Shown here piece by piece: positions 53,332-62,809 of a DNA stretch of 64,000 nt. The notes under the pieces were generated by a model. That model had not been told where the DNA came from and ran no database searches. It was given only the letters and a program-made list of their open reading frames with translations. The DNA lies in NCBI GenBank assembly GCA_009784375.1, contig WRBV01000005.1, positions 12,553 through 76,552 on the forward strand, in the 5' to 3' direction. Both the position numbers and the translations under genes were made by a program. This stretch comes from Bacillota bacterium. Its GTDB lineage: Bacteria > Bacillota > Clostridia > Christensenellales > UBA1242. The first letter of the stretch is position 1. Each line of letters opens with the position of its first letter.

Positions 53332-53898
53332 ATGATGCAACATTACATAGTTGATAAAATTATAAACGATGCAAAGGATATGGCTAAACGTGAACTTGAA
53401 CTTGCTAAAGCGGCGGGTTCTTCTCGTATTCAAGATGCAAAAAAAGAAGCCGAAAAGAATGCGGATTCTGCCCTGCTCCGTGCAAAAAAGGCGGGAGAAG
53501 AACGTGCAAAGCAAGAGGCAATTATCGCTCAATCAAAGGCACAACGTGAAGTCCTTTTAATGCGTCAAAAATTAATTGATGAAGTTTTTGCAAATACAAG
53601 GCAATCACTTGCATCGGCATCAAGTAAAGATACACAAAAACTTGTAACCGCTCTTGTTAAAAAGCATGCAAAGACTGGTGACACTATTTATATTTCCAAA
53701 AATGATGAAAAGAAAATCACAGCCGAATTTGTTAAAGGCTTGCCTGTTAAAAATCTAGTCCGAGTTGTTTCTGACAAATTTGATGGTGGTATTATTTTGG
53801 AAAACCAAAATTATGAACTTAGCTTGACCTACACAGAGTTATTGAATTCTCTTCGAAGTGAAATCGAACTCGAGGTTTCAAAAATCTTGTTTAACTAA
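53332..53898 (+). CDS. ntpE: V-type ATPase subunit E
   Basis: 188 aa with a Lys/Glu/Ala-rich N-terminal helix and a globular C-terminus. Operon position supports the call. Confidence 0.75.
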   Translation: MMQHYIVDKIINDAKDMAKRELELAKAAGSSRIQDAKKEAEKNADSALLRAKKAGEERAKQEAIIAQSKAQREVLLMRQKLIDEVFANTRQSLASASSKDTQKLVTALVKKHAKTGDTIYISKNDEKKITAEFVKGLPVKNLVRVVSDKFDGGIILENQNYELSLTYTELLNSLRSEIELEVSKILFN

Positions 53899-53917
53899 GC
53901 ATACAGGAGGTGCATTT

Positions 53918-54919
53918 ATGAGTATATTGTTCACAAATTCTGTCATAAGTGCCAGAAGTTCTAAGATGCTTGATGCTGACCGAATTCGCCGAATGATACA
54001 TGCCAACACAATCGAAGATACAACAAAAATTTTGTTTGAAATGGATTATGACCTTTCCGAAGATGACATTATCAATCCATCGGATGCTATCATTACAAAT
54101 GAACTTAAACGTTTTGTAAAAGAATTCGGTGAGCTGTGCCCTTCTGATGATTTGCTTTATGTTGTGCTTGGACGTTTTTATTATCATAATGCGGCAGCAT
54201 TTTATAACGCACGACTTCGTAATCCCGATGACGCAAAGGCAAGTTCAACGGTTGATTCGGTATACCCATTCGGTAATGATTACCTTGAACCAGTAATGTT
54301 ACGTAGTGCAATCTATAGGAAGAGTTACATAAATTTACCAGACGCTATGGCTTTGACCCTTAGAAAATTGGATGATATTGCGTCCCCTTCCCCATTTATG
54401 GTGGACCTTGAATTTAATCGAGCACTTTATGCGGATATATTCACAAAGCTTAAACCAATAAAAAACCGCCATATCAAACAATATTTCCGTGCCGAAATTG
54501 ACCTATTGAACTTGCGAACCTATGCAAAATTGCGATTTGCAGGTAACATTCCATCCGATATATATATCGAAGGTGGCGAGATTTCGGAAGAATCACTCAA
54601 CACAATTTTTGAAAAGAACTTGCGTAATTCAAAAGTCGCATTCATGGGTTTGAACTACGACGCTGTTATCGCTGAACTTATGATTGGTCTGGAGAATGCA
54701 AATTTGGTTAGATTCGAAAACACATCCAATAACTTTCTGATTGAACTAAGTAAAGAAGGTTCGGACGATATATTCTCGCTCAGCATGTTATTCGGATGGT
54801 TTATTGCAAAGATGGAAGAATTGCGTATCGTTAAAACTATATTAATTGGTAAAAAGTTTGGAAAGAGCCGAGATGAACTACGTGAAGATCTTCGCGGCAT
54901 CATAGAATTTGGAGGATAA
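53918..54919 (+). CDS. ntpC: V-type ATPase subunit C (d-subunit)
   Basis: GGAGG RBS before ATG 53918. 333 aa, all-helical. Operon position supports the call. Confidence 0.75.
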   Translation: MSILFTNSVISARSSKMLDADRIRRMIHANTIEDTTKILFEMDYDLSEDDIINPSDAIITNELKRFVKEFGELCPSDDLLYVVLGRFYYHNAAAFYNARLRNPDDAKASSTVDSVYPFGNDYLEPVMLRSAIYRKSYINLPDAMALTLRKLDDIASPSPFMVDLEFNRALYADIFTKLKPIKNRHIKQYFRAEIDLLNLRTYAKLRFAGNIPSDIYIEGGEISEESLNTIFEKNLRNSKVAFMGLNYDAVIAELMIGLENANLVRFENTSNNFLIELSKEGSDDIFSLSMLFGWFIAKMEELRIVKTILIGKKFGKSRDELREDLRGIIEFGG

Positions 54920-55242
54920 TGGAAGCAACAGGAAAAATTGCGGCAATTGGTGATAAAGATACTATGCTTGCCTTCAAGGCACTTGGTATGGATGTATTTT
55001 ATGCAACCAAGTGCGACGAAATCCGCGAGACCATTGCCCAACTTGAACGAGATGATTATAAAGTTATATTTATAACCGACACCGAAGCGGGTGCGGCAGA
55101 TGAATATCTTCGAACATTTGATGCAAAGCCCTACCCTATTATATTGTCTATACCAGACGGGCGAAGCAAAGAAAACTATTCAATCACAAAGATAGTCAAA
55201 AATATGGAACGTGCGGTCGGAAGTTCGACAGCACTTAAATAA
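54919..55242 (+). CDS. V-type ATPase subunit F
   Basis: 107 aa with [22 protein letters not shown], typical of subunit F. 1-nt overlap with the previous stop. Confidence 0.8.
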   Translation: MEATGKIAAIGDKDTMLAFKALGMDVFYATKCDEIRETIAQLERDDYKVIFITDTEAGAADEYLRTFDAKPYPIILSIPDGRSKENYSITKIVKNMERAVGSSTALK

Positions 55243-55259
55243 TATCAAGGAGAAATAAC

Positions 55260-57071
55260 ATGGCAGAGAAAAAAACAACTAAACCAGCTACAAAGGTATC
55301 TTCAACTGGGAAAGCAGAAACAGAAAGTTCAAAGATTGCAGGACGTATTATAAAGGTTTCTGGACCTCTTATCGTTGCTGATGGTATGGCAGATGTTAAA
55401 ATGTTTGACGTTGTACGTGTTTCAAGCGAAGGTCTTATCGGAGAAATACTTGAACTTCGTGGCGACCGTGCATCTATCCAGGTTTACGAAGAAACTGGTG
55501 GAATTGGTGTTGGCGATGTTGTTGTTTCTACTGAAATGCCTCTTAGCGTTGAACTTGCACCTGGTATGATGGGTGGGATTTATGATGGTATCGGTCGTCC
55601 ACTTGACATTATCCGTGAGCAAACAGGAGACAGAATTTCTCGTGGTGTCAATGTTCCAGGTGTCAACAGAGAGAAAAAGTGGGAATTCAAAGCAACCAAA
55701 AAAGTCGGCGATATGGTTATTGTCGGTGATGTAATCGGTGTTGTTCAAGAGAACGAAGTCGTCGAACACAGAATTATGGTTCCTCAAGGCTGTGGCGGAA
55801 AAATAACAAAAATCTCTAACGGGAATTTTACAATTATTGATAACGTTGCCGAAATTCAAACAGACAAAGGTAAAGTAAACATTCAAATGTTGCAAAAATG
55901 GCCTGTTCGTATTCCGCGTCCTATTCGTGAAAAACTACCACCTTCTACTCCACTTCTTACTGGTCAACGTGTTATTGATACATTCTTCCCTATTGCACGC
56001 GGTGGTGTTGCGGCAATTCCTGGACCTTTTGGTTCTGGAAAAACCGTTGTTCAACACCAAATTGCAAAATGGTCAGATGCAGAGATTGTTGTTTACATAG
56101 GCTGTGGTGAACGTGGTAATGAAATGACCGACGTTCTTAGCGAATTCCCACACCTTCAAGATATTCGTACTGGTTTCCCTCTTATGAAGAGAACTATATT
56201 AATTGCTAACACATCTGACATGCCTGTTGCTGCACGTGAGGCAAGTATTTACACAGGCATCACAATTGCCGAGTATTTCCGTGACATGGGTTATAATGTC
56301 GCGGTAATGGCGGATTCAACCTCACGTTGGGCGGAAGCACTTCGTGAGATGAGCGGACGTCTTGAACAACTTCCAGGTGAAGAAGGTTATCCAGCATATC
56401 TTGCAAGCAGACTTGCAGACTTTTACGAGCGGGCGGGCATGGCAAGCATCTTGGGTTCTGAAGAGCGAACAGGCTCTGTCACAGCTATCGGTGCGGTATC
56501 GCCTCCTGGTGGTGACATGAGTGAACCCGTGTCCCAGGCAACACTTCGAATTGTCAAAGTGTTCTGGGGGCTGAGCTCTTCTCTTGCTTATAAACGACAC
56601 TTCCCTGCTATTGACTGGTTGATAAGTTACTCACTTTACGCCGACAACATGGGCGAATGGTATTCAAAGAATATTGACAAAAACTTCCTCAACATGCGTC
56701 AAATGTCAATCAAGATAATGCAAGAAAATGCTAACCTCGAGGAAATTGTTCGTCTTGTCGGTGTTGATTCATTATCTGATTCTGACCGCTTGTTAATGGA
56801 AACTGCTAAACATATTCGAGAAGATTTCCTTTACCAAAACGCATTCAGCGATATCGACAGCTATACTTCACCAAACAAGCAATTCAAGATTCTTAAAACA
56901 ATCCTTGACTATCACACACTTGGAACGCGTGCTATTGCAAACGGTAAAGACTTTGTACGAACCCAATTCCCAGAAATCAAAGAACAAATCGCACGTTTCC
57001 GTGACCTTGAAGATAAAGATCTTGACAAGATTGACGATATAGCTAAAGAGATTGCAAGAAAGCTCTCTTAA
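55260..57071 (+). CDS. ntpA: V-type ATPase catalytic subunit A
   Basis: GPFGSGKTV Walker A, a non-homologous insert region, and the A-subunit motifs RWAEALRE and [10 protein letters not shown]. Confidence 0.95.
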   Translation: MAEKKTTKPATKVSSTGKAETESSKIAGRIIKVSGPLIVADGMADVKMFDVVRVSSEGLIGEILELRGDRASIQVYEETGGIGVGDVVVSTEMPLSVELAPGMMGGIYDGIGRPLDIIREQTGDRISRGVNVPGVNREKKWEFKATKKVGDMVIVGDVIGVVQENEVVEHRIMVPQGCGGKITKISNGNFTIIDNVAEIQTDKGKVNIQMLQKWPVRIPRPIREKLPPSTPLLTGQRVIDTFFPIARGGVAAIPGPFGSGKTVVQHQIAKWSDAEIVVYIGCGERGNEMTDVLSEFPHLQDIRTGFPLMKRTILIANTSDMPVAAREASIYTGITIAEYFRDMGYNVAVMADSTSRWAEALREMSGRLEQLPGEEGYPAYLASRLADFYERAGMASILGSEERTGSVTAIGAVSPPGGDMSEPVSQATLRIVKVFWGLSSSLAYKRHFPAIDWLISYSLYADNMGEWYSKNIDKNFLNMRQMSIKIMQENANLEEIVRLVGVDSLSDSDRLLMETAKHIREDFLYQNAFSDIDSYTSPNKQFKILKTILDYHTLGTRAIANGKDFVRTQFPEIKEQIARFRDLEDKDLDKIDDIAKEIARKLS

Positions 57072-57078
57072 GAAAAAT

Positions 57079-57132
57079 AGTATTACTATGTGACATACAC
57101 CACAATATGTTGGATACTATGTCATACAAAAC
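57079..57132. repeat. intercistronic repeat element with an NrdR-box-like core (A-B spacer)
   Basis: AGTATTACTATGTGACATACACCACAATATGTTGGATACTATGTCATACAAAAC. The core 16-mer is at 57100-57115. Confidence 0.6.
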
Positions 57133-57162
57133 AACCATTTAACTAGGATACTGGAGGATAAA

Positions 57163-58545
57163 ATGCAAAAAAGTTATAAAACCATTGAATCTGTCGTCGG
57201 ACCACTCATGCTTGTACGTGATGTCGAGGGCGTTACATACAATGAAACAGTAGAAATTGAACAAAAAAACGGTGAAACAAGACATGGAAAAGTATTGGAA
57301 GTACGCGACGATACTGCCCTTGTCCAATTATTCGCATCGGCACAAGGTTTAAAAATATCCGAGAGCAAGGCAAAGTTCCTTGGTCGCGGACTTGAATTCG
57401 GCGTTTCTCCCGACATCGTCGGTCGCTTCTTTGATGGAATGGGACGTCCACGTGATAATGGACCTTCTATCATTCCTGAAAAGCGTATGGATATTAATGG
57501 GACACCATTGAACCCTACTGCCCGTCACTATCCTTCTGCATTTATTCAAACAGGTATTTCTACAATTGATGGATTAAATACTCTTGTCCGTGGTCAAAAA
57601 TTACCTATTTTTTCTATGTCTGGACTTCCGCATGCACGACTTGCAACTCAGATCGCACGTCAAGCAAGTGTTGGAGACGGTGAAAAATTCGCGGTTGTTT
57701 TTGCTGCAATGGGTATTACAAATGACGAGGCAGACTTTTTCATAAAAGAATTCGAACGAACTGGCGCACTTGCCCATTCGGTTGTTTTCATAAACTTGGC
57801 ATCTGATCCTACTCTTGAACGTATTGCTACCCCACGTATGGCACTTACTGCTGCCGAATATCTTGCTTTTGAACTTGACATGCATGTCCTTGTAATTATG
57901 ACAGACATCACCCTTTACGCAGAAGCTCTTCGTGAAGTTTCAGCCGCACGTAAAGAAGTTCCTGGTCGTCGTGGATATCCTGGTTATCTTTATACCGACC
58001 TTGCAACATTATATGAACGTGCTGGTTGCATCAAAGGCAAGAAAGGCACAATCACACAAATCCCAATCCTTACAATGCCCGAGGACGACAAGACCCATCC
58101 TATCCCCGACCTTACTGGTTATATAACCGAGGGACAGATTGCATTGTCACGTGATTTAGATAAAAAGGCATTAACACCGCCCGTTGATATTTTGCCGTCA
58201 CTTTCACGTCTTAAAGATAAAGGTATCGGTAAAGGCAAAACTCGCCATGATCATTCTGATGTTTTAAACCAATTATTCGCGGCATACGCAACAGGTAAAG
58301 ATGCAAAAGAGCTTGCCCAAATTCTTGGAGAATCGGCACTATCCCCAGTCGACAAGCTATACGCACATTTTGCTGATGAATTCGAAAAGAAATTTATAAA
58401 CCAAGGCTTTTATACAAACCGAACAATTATCGAAACACTTGATCTTGGATGGGAGTTGCTTCGAATTCTTCCAAGAACTGAACTCAAGAGAATCAGACAA
58501 TCTAACCTCGACGAGTTCTATACCGTTAAAGAAGAAGTGAAATAG
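57163..58545 (+). CDS. ntpB: V-type ATPase subunit B
   Basis: 460 aa with conserved [29 protein letters not shown]. Confidence 0.95.
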   Translation: MQKSYKTIESVVGPLMLVRDVEGVTYNETVEIEQKNGETRHGKVLEVRDDTALVQLFASAQGLKISESKAKFLGRGLEFGVSPDIVGRFFDGMGRPRDNGPSIIPEKRMDINGTPLNPTARHYPSAFIQTGISTIDGLNTLVRGQKLPIFSMSGLPHARLATQIARQASVGDGEKFAVVFAAMGITNDEADFFIKEFERTGALAHSVVFINLASDPTLERIATPRMALTAAEYLAFELDMHVLVIMTDITLYAEALREVSAARKEVPGRRGYPGYLYTDLATLYERAGCIKGKKGTITQIPILTMPEDDKTHPIPDLTGYITEGQIALSRDLDKKALTPPVDILPSLSRLKDKGIGKGKTRHDHSDVLNQLFAAYATGKDAKELAQILGESALSPVDKLYAHFADEFEKKFINQGFYTNRTIIETLDLGWELLRILPRTELKRIRQSNLDEFYTVKEEVK

Positions 58546-58600
58546 TATCACTATGTGATATAAGCTACAACATATTGTATATTGTGTTATACATATTAAT
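58544..58600. repeat. intercistronic repeat element with an NrdR-box-like core (B-D spacer)
   Basis: AGTATCACTATGTGATATAAGCTACAACATATTGTATATTGTGTTATACAT. It has the same head as the A-B spacer copy. The core is at 58565-58580. Confidence 0.6.
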
Positions 58601-58621
58601 CAAAAAGGAGGAGGACCTTAT

Positions 58622-59248
58622 ATGGCGGAAAGATTAAATGTCAACCCAACGCGAATGGAGCTTGCCCGCCAAAAGTCAAGACTCCGAACCGCAACGCGTG
58701 GACACAAATTATTAAAAGATAAGAGTGACGAGATGATTCGTCATTTCATCCAAATCGCAAAAGAAAACAAACGACTACGTGAACAAGTAGATGGCGAAAT
58801 CGCAAATGCACTCCGATTATTCACCCAGGCAAGAATTCAAATGACATCACAAGAAATCGAGGCGGCTGTGATGGCATCTACTGCAACGATTTCTATCTCC
58901 CCTTCTAATGCAAATATTATGGGTCTTGTTGTTCCTAAGCTTGTTCTTGATATTGACGAAAATGCTAAAGCCAATAGCCTTATCAACACATCAAGCACGT
59001 TCGATGAATCTATTCGTATACTTGGCAAATTGATGGAAAAATTACTCACACTTGCCGAAGTTGAAAAAACTTGTGATATGCTTGCGGCAGAAATTGTTAA
59101 AATCAAACGTAGAATTAATGCACTTGAATTTATCCTTATGCCACAAATTCAAAGTACAATTAAATTCATTCGCATGAAACTTGCCGAAAACGAAAGAAGT
59201 CAACTTGTCCGAGTGATGAAGGTCAAAGCACAAATGCAAGATAAATAA
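58622..59248 (+). CDS. ntpD: V-type ATPase subunit D
   Basis: 208 aa. The N-terminal NPTRMEL...LKDK pattern is typical of subunit D. GGAGGAGG RBS. Confidence 0.85.
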   Translation: MAERLNVNPTRMELARQKSRLRTATRGHKLLKDKSDEMIRHFIQIAKENKRLREQVDGEIANALRLFTQARIQMTSQEIEAAVMASTATISISPSNANIMGLVVPKLVLDIDENAKANSLINTSSTFDESIRILGKLMEKLLTLAEVEKTCDMLAAEIVKIKRRINALEFILMPQIQSTIKFIRMKLAENERSQLVRVMKVKAQMQDK

Positions 59249-59259
59249 AAATTGTCTTT

Positions 59260-59287
59260 AAAAATGGACGCATTGTCCATTTTTTTT
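59260..59287. terminator. bidirectional rho-independent terminator ending the V-ATPase operon
   Basis: AAAAATGGAC-GCATT-GTCCATTTTTTT. Confidence 0.75.
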
Positions 59288-60083
59288 ATTCACAAATTGC
59301 AAACTCAAGAGCAAGTCGCAGCATTTTATCACGCATATCAAGCCTATTTTCATTTGAACCTTGCCAACTCCAGCTATCTTGCTTGACTATATCAGAAAAG
59401 TATAGAAATTGGCAAAATTCCATTTCATAAAATTTACAAACAGAAGCAATTGCCGAAGATTCCATTTCAACACATACTGCACCTTGTGAAATTCGTTTTT
59501 CTATTCTGCTCTTTGTTTCACGATAAAACGCATCTGTTGTCCATGTTATCCCATTCGCAAAGCCAATATTTTTACTTTGTAAAAAATTAGAAAGTCGCCC
59601 AGTCATATCTTTGCTTGTCTCAATATAAAGGCTGGGCGACAGGTAATGATAACTTGTCCCCTCATCCCTAATCGCTTTGTCGACAACAAGAACCTTGTTT
59701 GCATCAAAATTCTGATCTATGCATCCTGCCGAACCCATTCCCACAAACTTAGTTACACCCATCCACCTTAATTCTTCGACACTTGCCGCTGCATTAGGCG
59801 CACCTATTGGTAAGAAAAGTAGTAAGGCTTTATTGTTATAGATGAAAAGCTTGCCTAGTGTGCTTTCTAGAATAAGCTCACATTTTGATAATAAATCTTT
59901 ATAGTGATGCACCTTACAAGCCGACAGCCAATTCATAACGACTGTCGTAATGCCAAGTTCTCTTATTCTTTTCTTTGCATTTGCTTGCTTCCCTTCTTTG
60001 TCACCAATTGCTTTTTCTGGCGTCAGAAATGGGATACACTCATAAAATCCATCAAGAATCGGTATGTCTTTAAATTCATCCAT
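59286..60083 (-). CDS. nucleoside phosphorylase (PNP/UDP family 1, uridine-phosphorylase-like)
   Basis: GMGSAG, RDEGTSYHY and VEMESSA motifs. Confidence 0.7.
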   Translation of the reverse strand: MDEFKDIPILDGFYECIPFLTPEKAIGDKEGKQANAKKRIRELGITTVVMNWLSACKVHHYKDLLSKCELILESTLGKLFIYNNKALLLFLPIGAPNAAASVEELRWMGVTKFVGMGSAGCIDQNFDANKVLVVDKAIRDEGTSYHYLSPSLYIETSKDMTGRLSNFLQSKNIGFANGITWTTDAFYRETKSRIEKRISQGAVCVEMESSAIASVCKFYEMEFCQFLYFSDIVKQDSWSWQGSNENRLDMRDKMLRLALEFAICE

Positions 60084-60118
60084 AACGCTATTTTACCATA
60101 TTAATATAGAAAAACAAA

Positions 60119-62779
60119 TTATTCAAAAAGCTCCATCATAGCTTGACTTGTTTCGATAGATACAATAGTTCTATTCATCGGACCAGTAACAAAGAACGCG
60201 GTACCCCGTTGGTTGGATACGATTTGTTCTTGCTCGGACTTGTTAATACCACCAGCATTTTTATACAAAGTAATAAGGTCGGTCATATCGTTCGGTGCCA
60301 ACGAGAAAATCATGGAATATTGACTTGCGTTGATGATAGCAGCGGACTTTTTAGCAATTACTGGAGACCCAACAAAGTCCTTGATGTTCTGGGTAATGAT
60401 AACCTGCATACCGTCATACTTTCGAATACGTTTTGCCATATTGAACATGAAATCAAGGGCAATGGGCTTTTTCTCATCAATGAATACGTGTGCCTCATCA
60501 ACAACAATGACGATTTTTCTTTTTACCTTGTGCTTCATGTTATATTCACGGTTTTTGATAATTTCACCGTCAAGATATTTAAACACAAGCAACATCTGGG
60601 CATTTGCAACAACCGAGTTCTTGTTTGCAAGAAGTGTAAGAAAGTTAAATACAAAGAAATTTTCTTTTGATGTAATAGATGCTGGACCATTCCAAAGTCC
60701 ACTATAACGACCACCTTCCGCAAACTTTTCAAGATAAGTAACAAGAGTACGGTAATTCACACGCGAGAAATCGTCGGTTGCCGCATCAAGATAACGTTTT
60801 GCAAGTATAAACAACTCTTCAAATACTGGAAATTGGTTTGGTTGTAATTTGGAAAAGTCGGTGTGCTTGTCAATTCCCTTTGACTTGTAAAGTGCGGCAA
60901 CAAGACCGTTTAATACCTCCAACGCATCGGCACGAATACCTTCCATAACTATTTTAAAGAAACTCTCAAGGAATCGAAGATGACTCTCGAACGTGTCATC
61001 GAATTCTACTCCGTCTTCATCATCTAGCATGGCTGGATATATGTGGAATGGATTAAATCTACCCTTTCCCGCATTACCTACGTCAATTACGGCACCATGC
61101 AATTTTTCCGCCATAGCAACATATTCTTTTTCTGGGTCACATATGAAAATTTTCGTATTGTCTGCTGCAAGGTGTGCCAAAATCGACTTGGCAGCAAACG
61201 ACTTACCCGAACCAGACTTACCGATTATAATCATATTTGAATTGACTCGAACGTTATTTCTTTTGAAGAAATCAATAAATACTGGATAAGAGTTACTTCC
61301 TATACAAATTCCGCGGTCGTCTTGCAACATATCCGAAATAAACGGGAATGTTGCAGCAACGGTGGTAGTCGGAATACCACGTGAATATTCTGGGAATGTT
61401 TCAAGACGTGAAATATTTGTTGCGATAAAGCTGTCCACATGACGACCAGTAATCCGAGAGAATTTGAAACCGTCCTGATAAAGTCGGCTTTCCACTTCTT
61501 TTTTCATTACAAAATCGGGAGTCAAATGAATAGAACAATCTAACATCTGTTCATTATTTTGTTTAATTTGGACAAGCAAGTCTGTAATAGTACTGAGCTG
61601 GGCATTTCTATCAATTTGGTGCGAAGATTTGTGACTTTGCCCCATTTGGGTTTTCATCTCCAAAATTGCCTTGTCAATCATCTTTTCGGCACTTGCCTTT
61701 GGGACTTGGTGAAAATTTAATACTGTTCTTGTTCCAGGCAAGTTAAATATCCCATACCCCCAAGCATTACCAACCTCTAACGGATAATCGGTTACCGCCA
61801 ATCCCGCACGTTTAAGACCATTAATCGATGCACTTCCAGCACCAAACGTAATTTTATTTGGTGTAACCCAATTCATCCATTTTTCTTCAGGCATAAGGTT
61901 AAGCTCACGCTCATCAAAATCTTTGTTATAATTTGCGCGAAGGAAAACAACAAGGTCCTTACCACGAACAATCTCACTCTCTATTGCAACCGATGAGCTT
62001 CCCAGCGTTCCTCTCATACCATTTATAGTATTCTCAAGCAATGTCTTGTCCGCATCATAAACAACAAAGTAATAACAGCTCTTGAAAACCTTTTCCTCGT
62101 TATTCATGAATTCGAGCAATAACCCGCGTTCATTAAAGATAATCTCACGTGCAGAAAGCTCGGACTCGGATAACGAACCCATTTCCATAGCCTTTAACGT
62201 GTCTTTATACTTGGTAACCTCGTAATCGATATATTTATCAAGAACCATCCCTCGTTCAAGCCTTATCAAAGATGCATTTTGACGAGAAGTAATTCGACGT
62301 ATAGCATTTGCAAAATTTTGAACAACCATTTCTTGCTTTTGCGCATCAAGAAGTCCGAACTCAATAGGTTTTAATTCAAGAACCATTCCGAAATACTCAC
62401 CAAAGTCAATGAACTTGTCATCAATTATTCCTCTGTATGGCACAAGTTCTTTTATGTCGCGATACCCACCACCATGGACTTTTGCGTATCGTTTTGCGTA
62501 TGCCATGAATTTGAAATATCGCCAAAGCGTACCATAACCACGAAGTCCTTGCTCGACTGGTATAAAACCAACACCAAATATAACAAGAACAACAATGACA
62601 AGTGCAAGATTACCAACCATCGAATCAAAGAAGTCAGCATACCAAACGGCAAAAGCCACACCAGATGCAACAGCCGCATAAAAAAGGTCAGCACCAGTAA
62701 TGCCCTTTGCAAACTCGGTTTTTACCCGAGTTTTTCTTGGTATATATCGTATCGACGGTCGAAAGTTGCTATTTTCCAC
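60119..62779 (-). CDS. type IV secretion ATPase, VirB4/TraE/TrsE-like, with a fused VirB3-like N-terminal membrane hairpin
   Basis: 886 aa with two N-terminal TM helices, Walker A IIIGKSGSGKSF and Walker B KIVIVVDEAH. GTG start. Confidence 0.8.
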   Translation of the reverse strand: MENSNFRPSIRYIPRKTRVKTEFAKGITGADLFYAAVASGVAFAVWYADFFDSMVGNLALVIVVLVIFGVGFIPVEQGLRGYGTLWRYFKFMAYAKRYAKVHGGGYRDIKELVPYRGIIDDKFIDFGEYFGMVLELKPIEFGLLDAQKQEMVVQNFANAIRRITSRQNASLIRLERGMVLDKYIDYEVTKYKDTLKAMEMGSLSESELSAREIIFNERGLLLEFMNNEEKVFKSCYYFVVYDADKTLLENTINGMRGTLGSSSVAIESEIVRGKDLVVFLRANYNKDFDERELNLMPEEKWMNWVTPNKITFGAGSASINGLKRAGLAVTDYPLEVGNAWGYGIFNLPGTRTVLNFHQVPKASAEKMIDKAILEMKTQMGQSHKSSHQIDRNAQLSTITDLLVQIKQNNEQMLDCSIHLTPDFVMKKEVESRLYQDGFKFSRITGRHVDSFIATNISRLETFPEYSRGIPTTTVAATFPFISDMLQDDRGICIGSNSYPVFIDFFKRNNVRVNSNMIIIGKSGSGKSFAAKSILAHLAADNTKIFICDPEKEYVAMAEKLHGAVIDVGNAGKGRFNPFHIYPAMLDDEDGVEFDDTFESHLRFLESFFKIVMEGIRADALEVLNGLVAALYKSKGIDKHTDFSKLQPNQFPVFEELFILAKRYLDAATDDFSRVNYRTLVTYLEKFAEGGRYSGLWNGPASITSKENFFVFNFLTLLANKNSVVANAQMLLVFKYLDGEIIKNREYNMKHKVKRKIVIVVDEAHVFIDEKKPIALDFMFNMAKRIRKYDGMQVIITQNIKDFVGSPVIAKKSAAIINASQYSMIFSLAPNDMTDLITLYKNAGGINKSEQEQIVSNQRGTAFFVTGPMNRTIVSIETSQAMMELFE

Positions 62780-62809
62780 TTGTTATTTCCCCAATTTTTA
62801 TCTTGTTCT

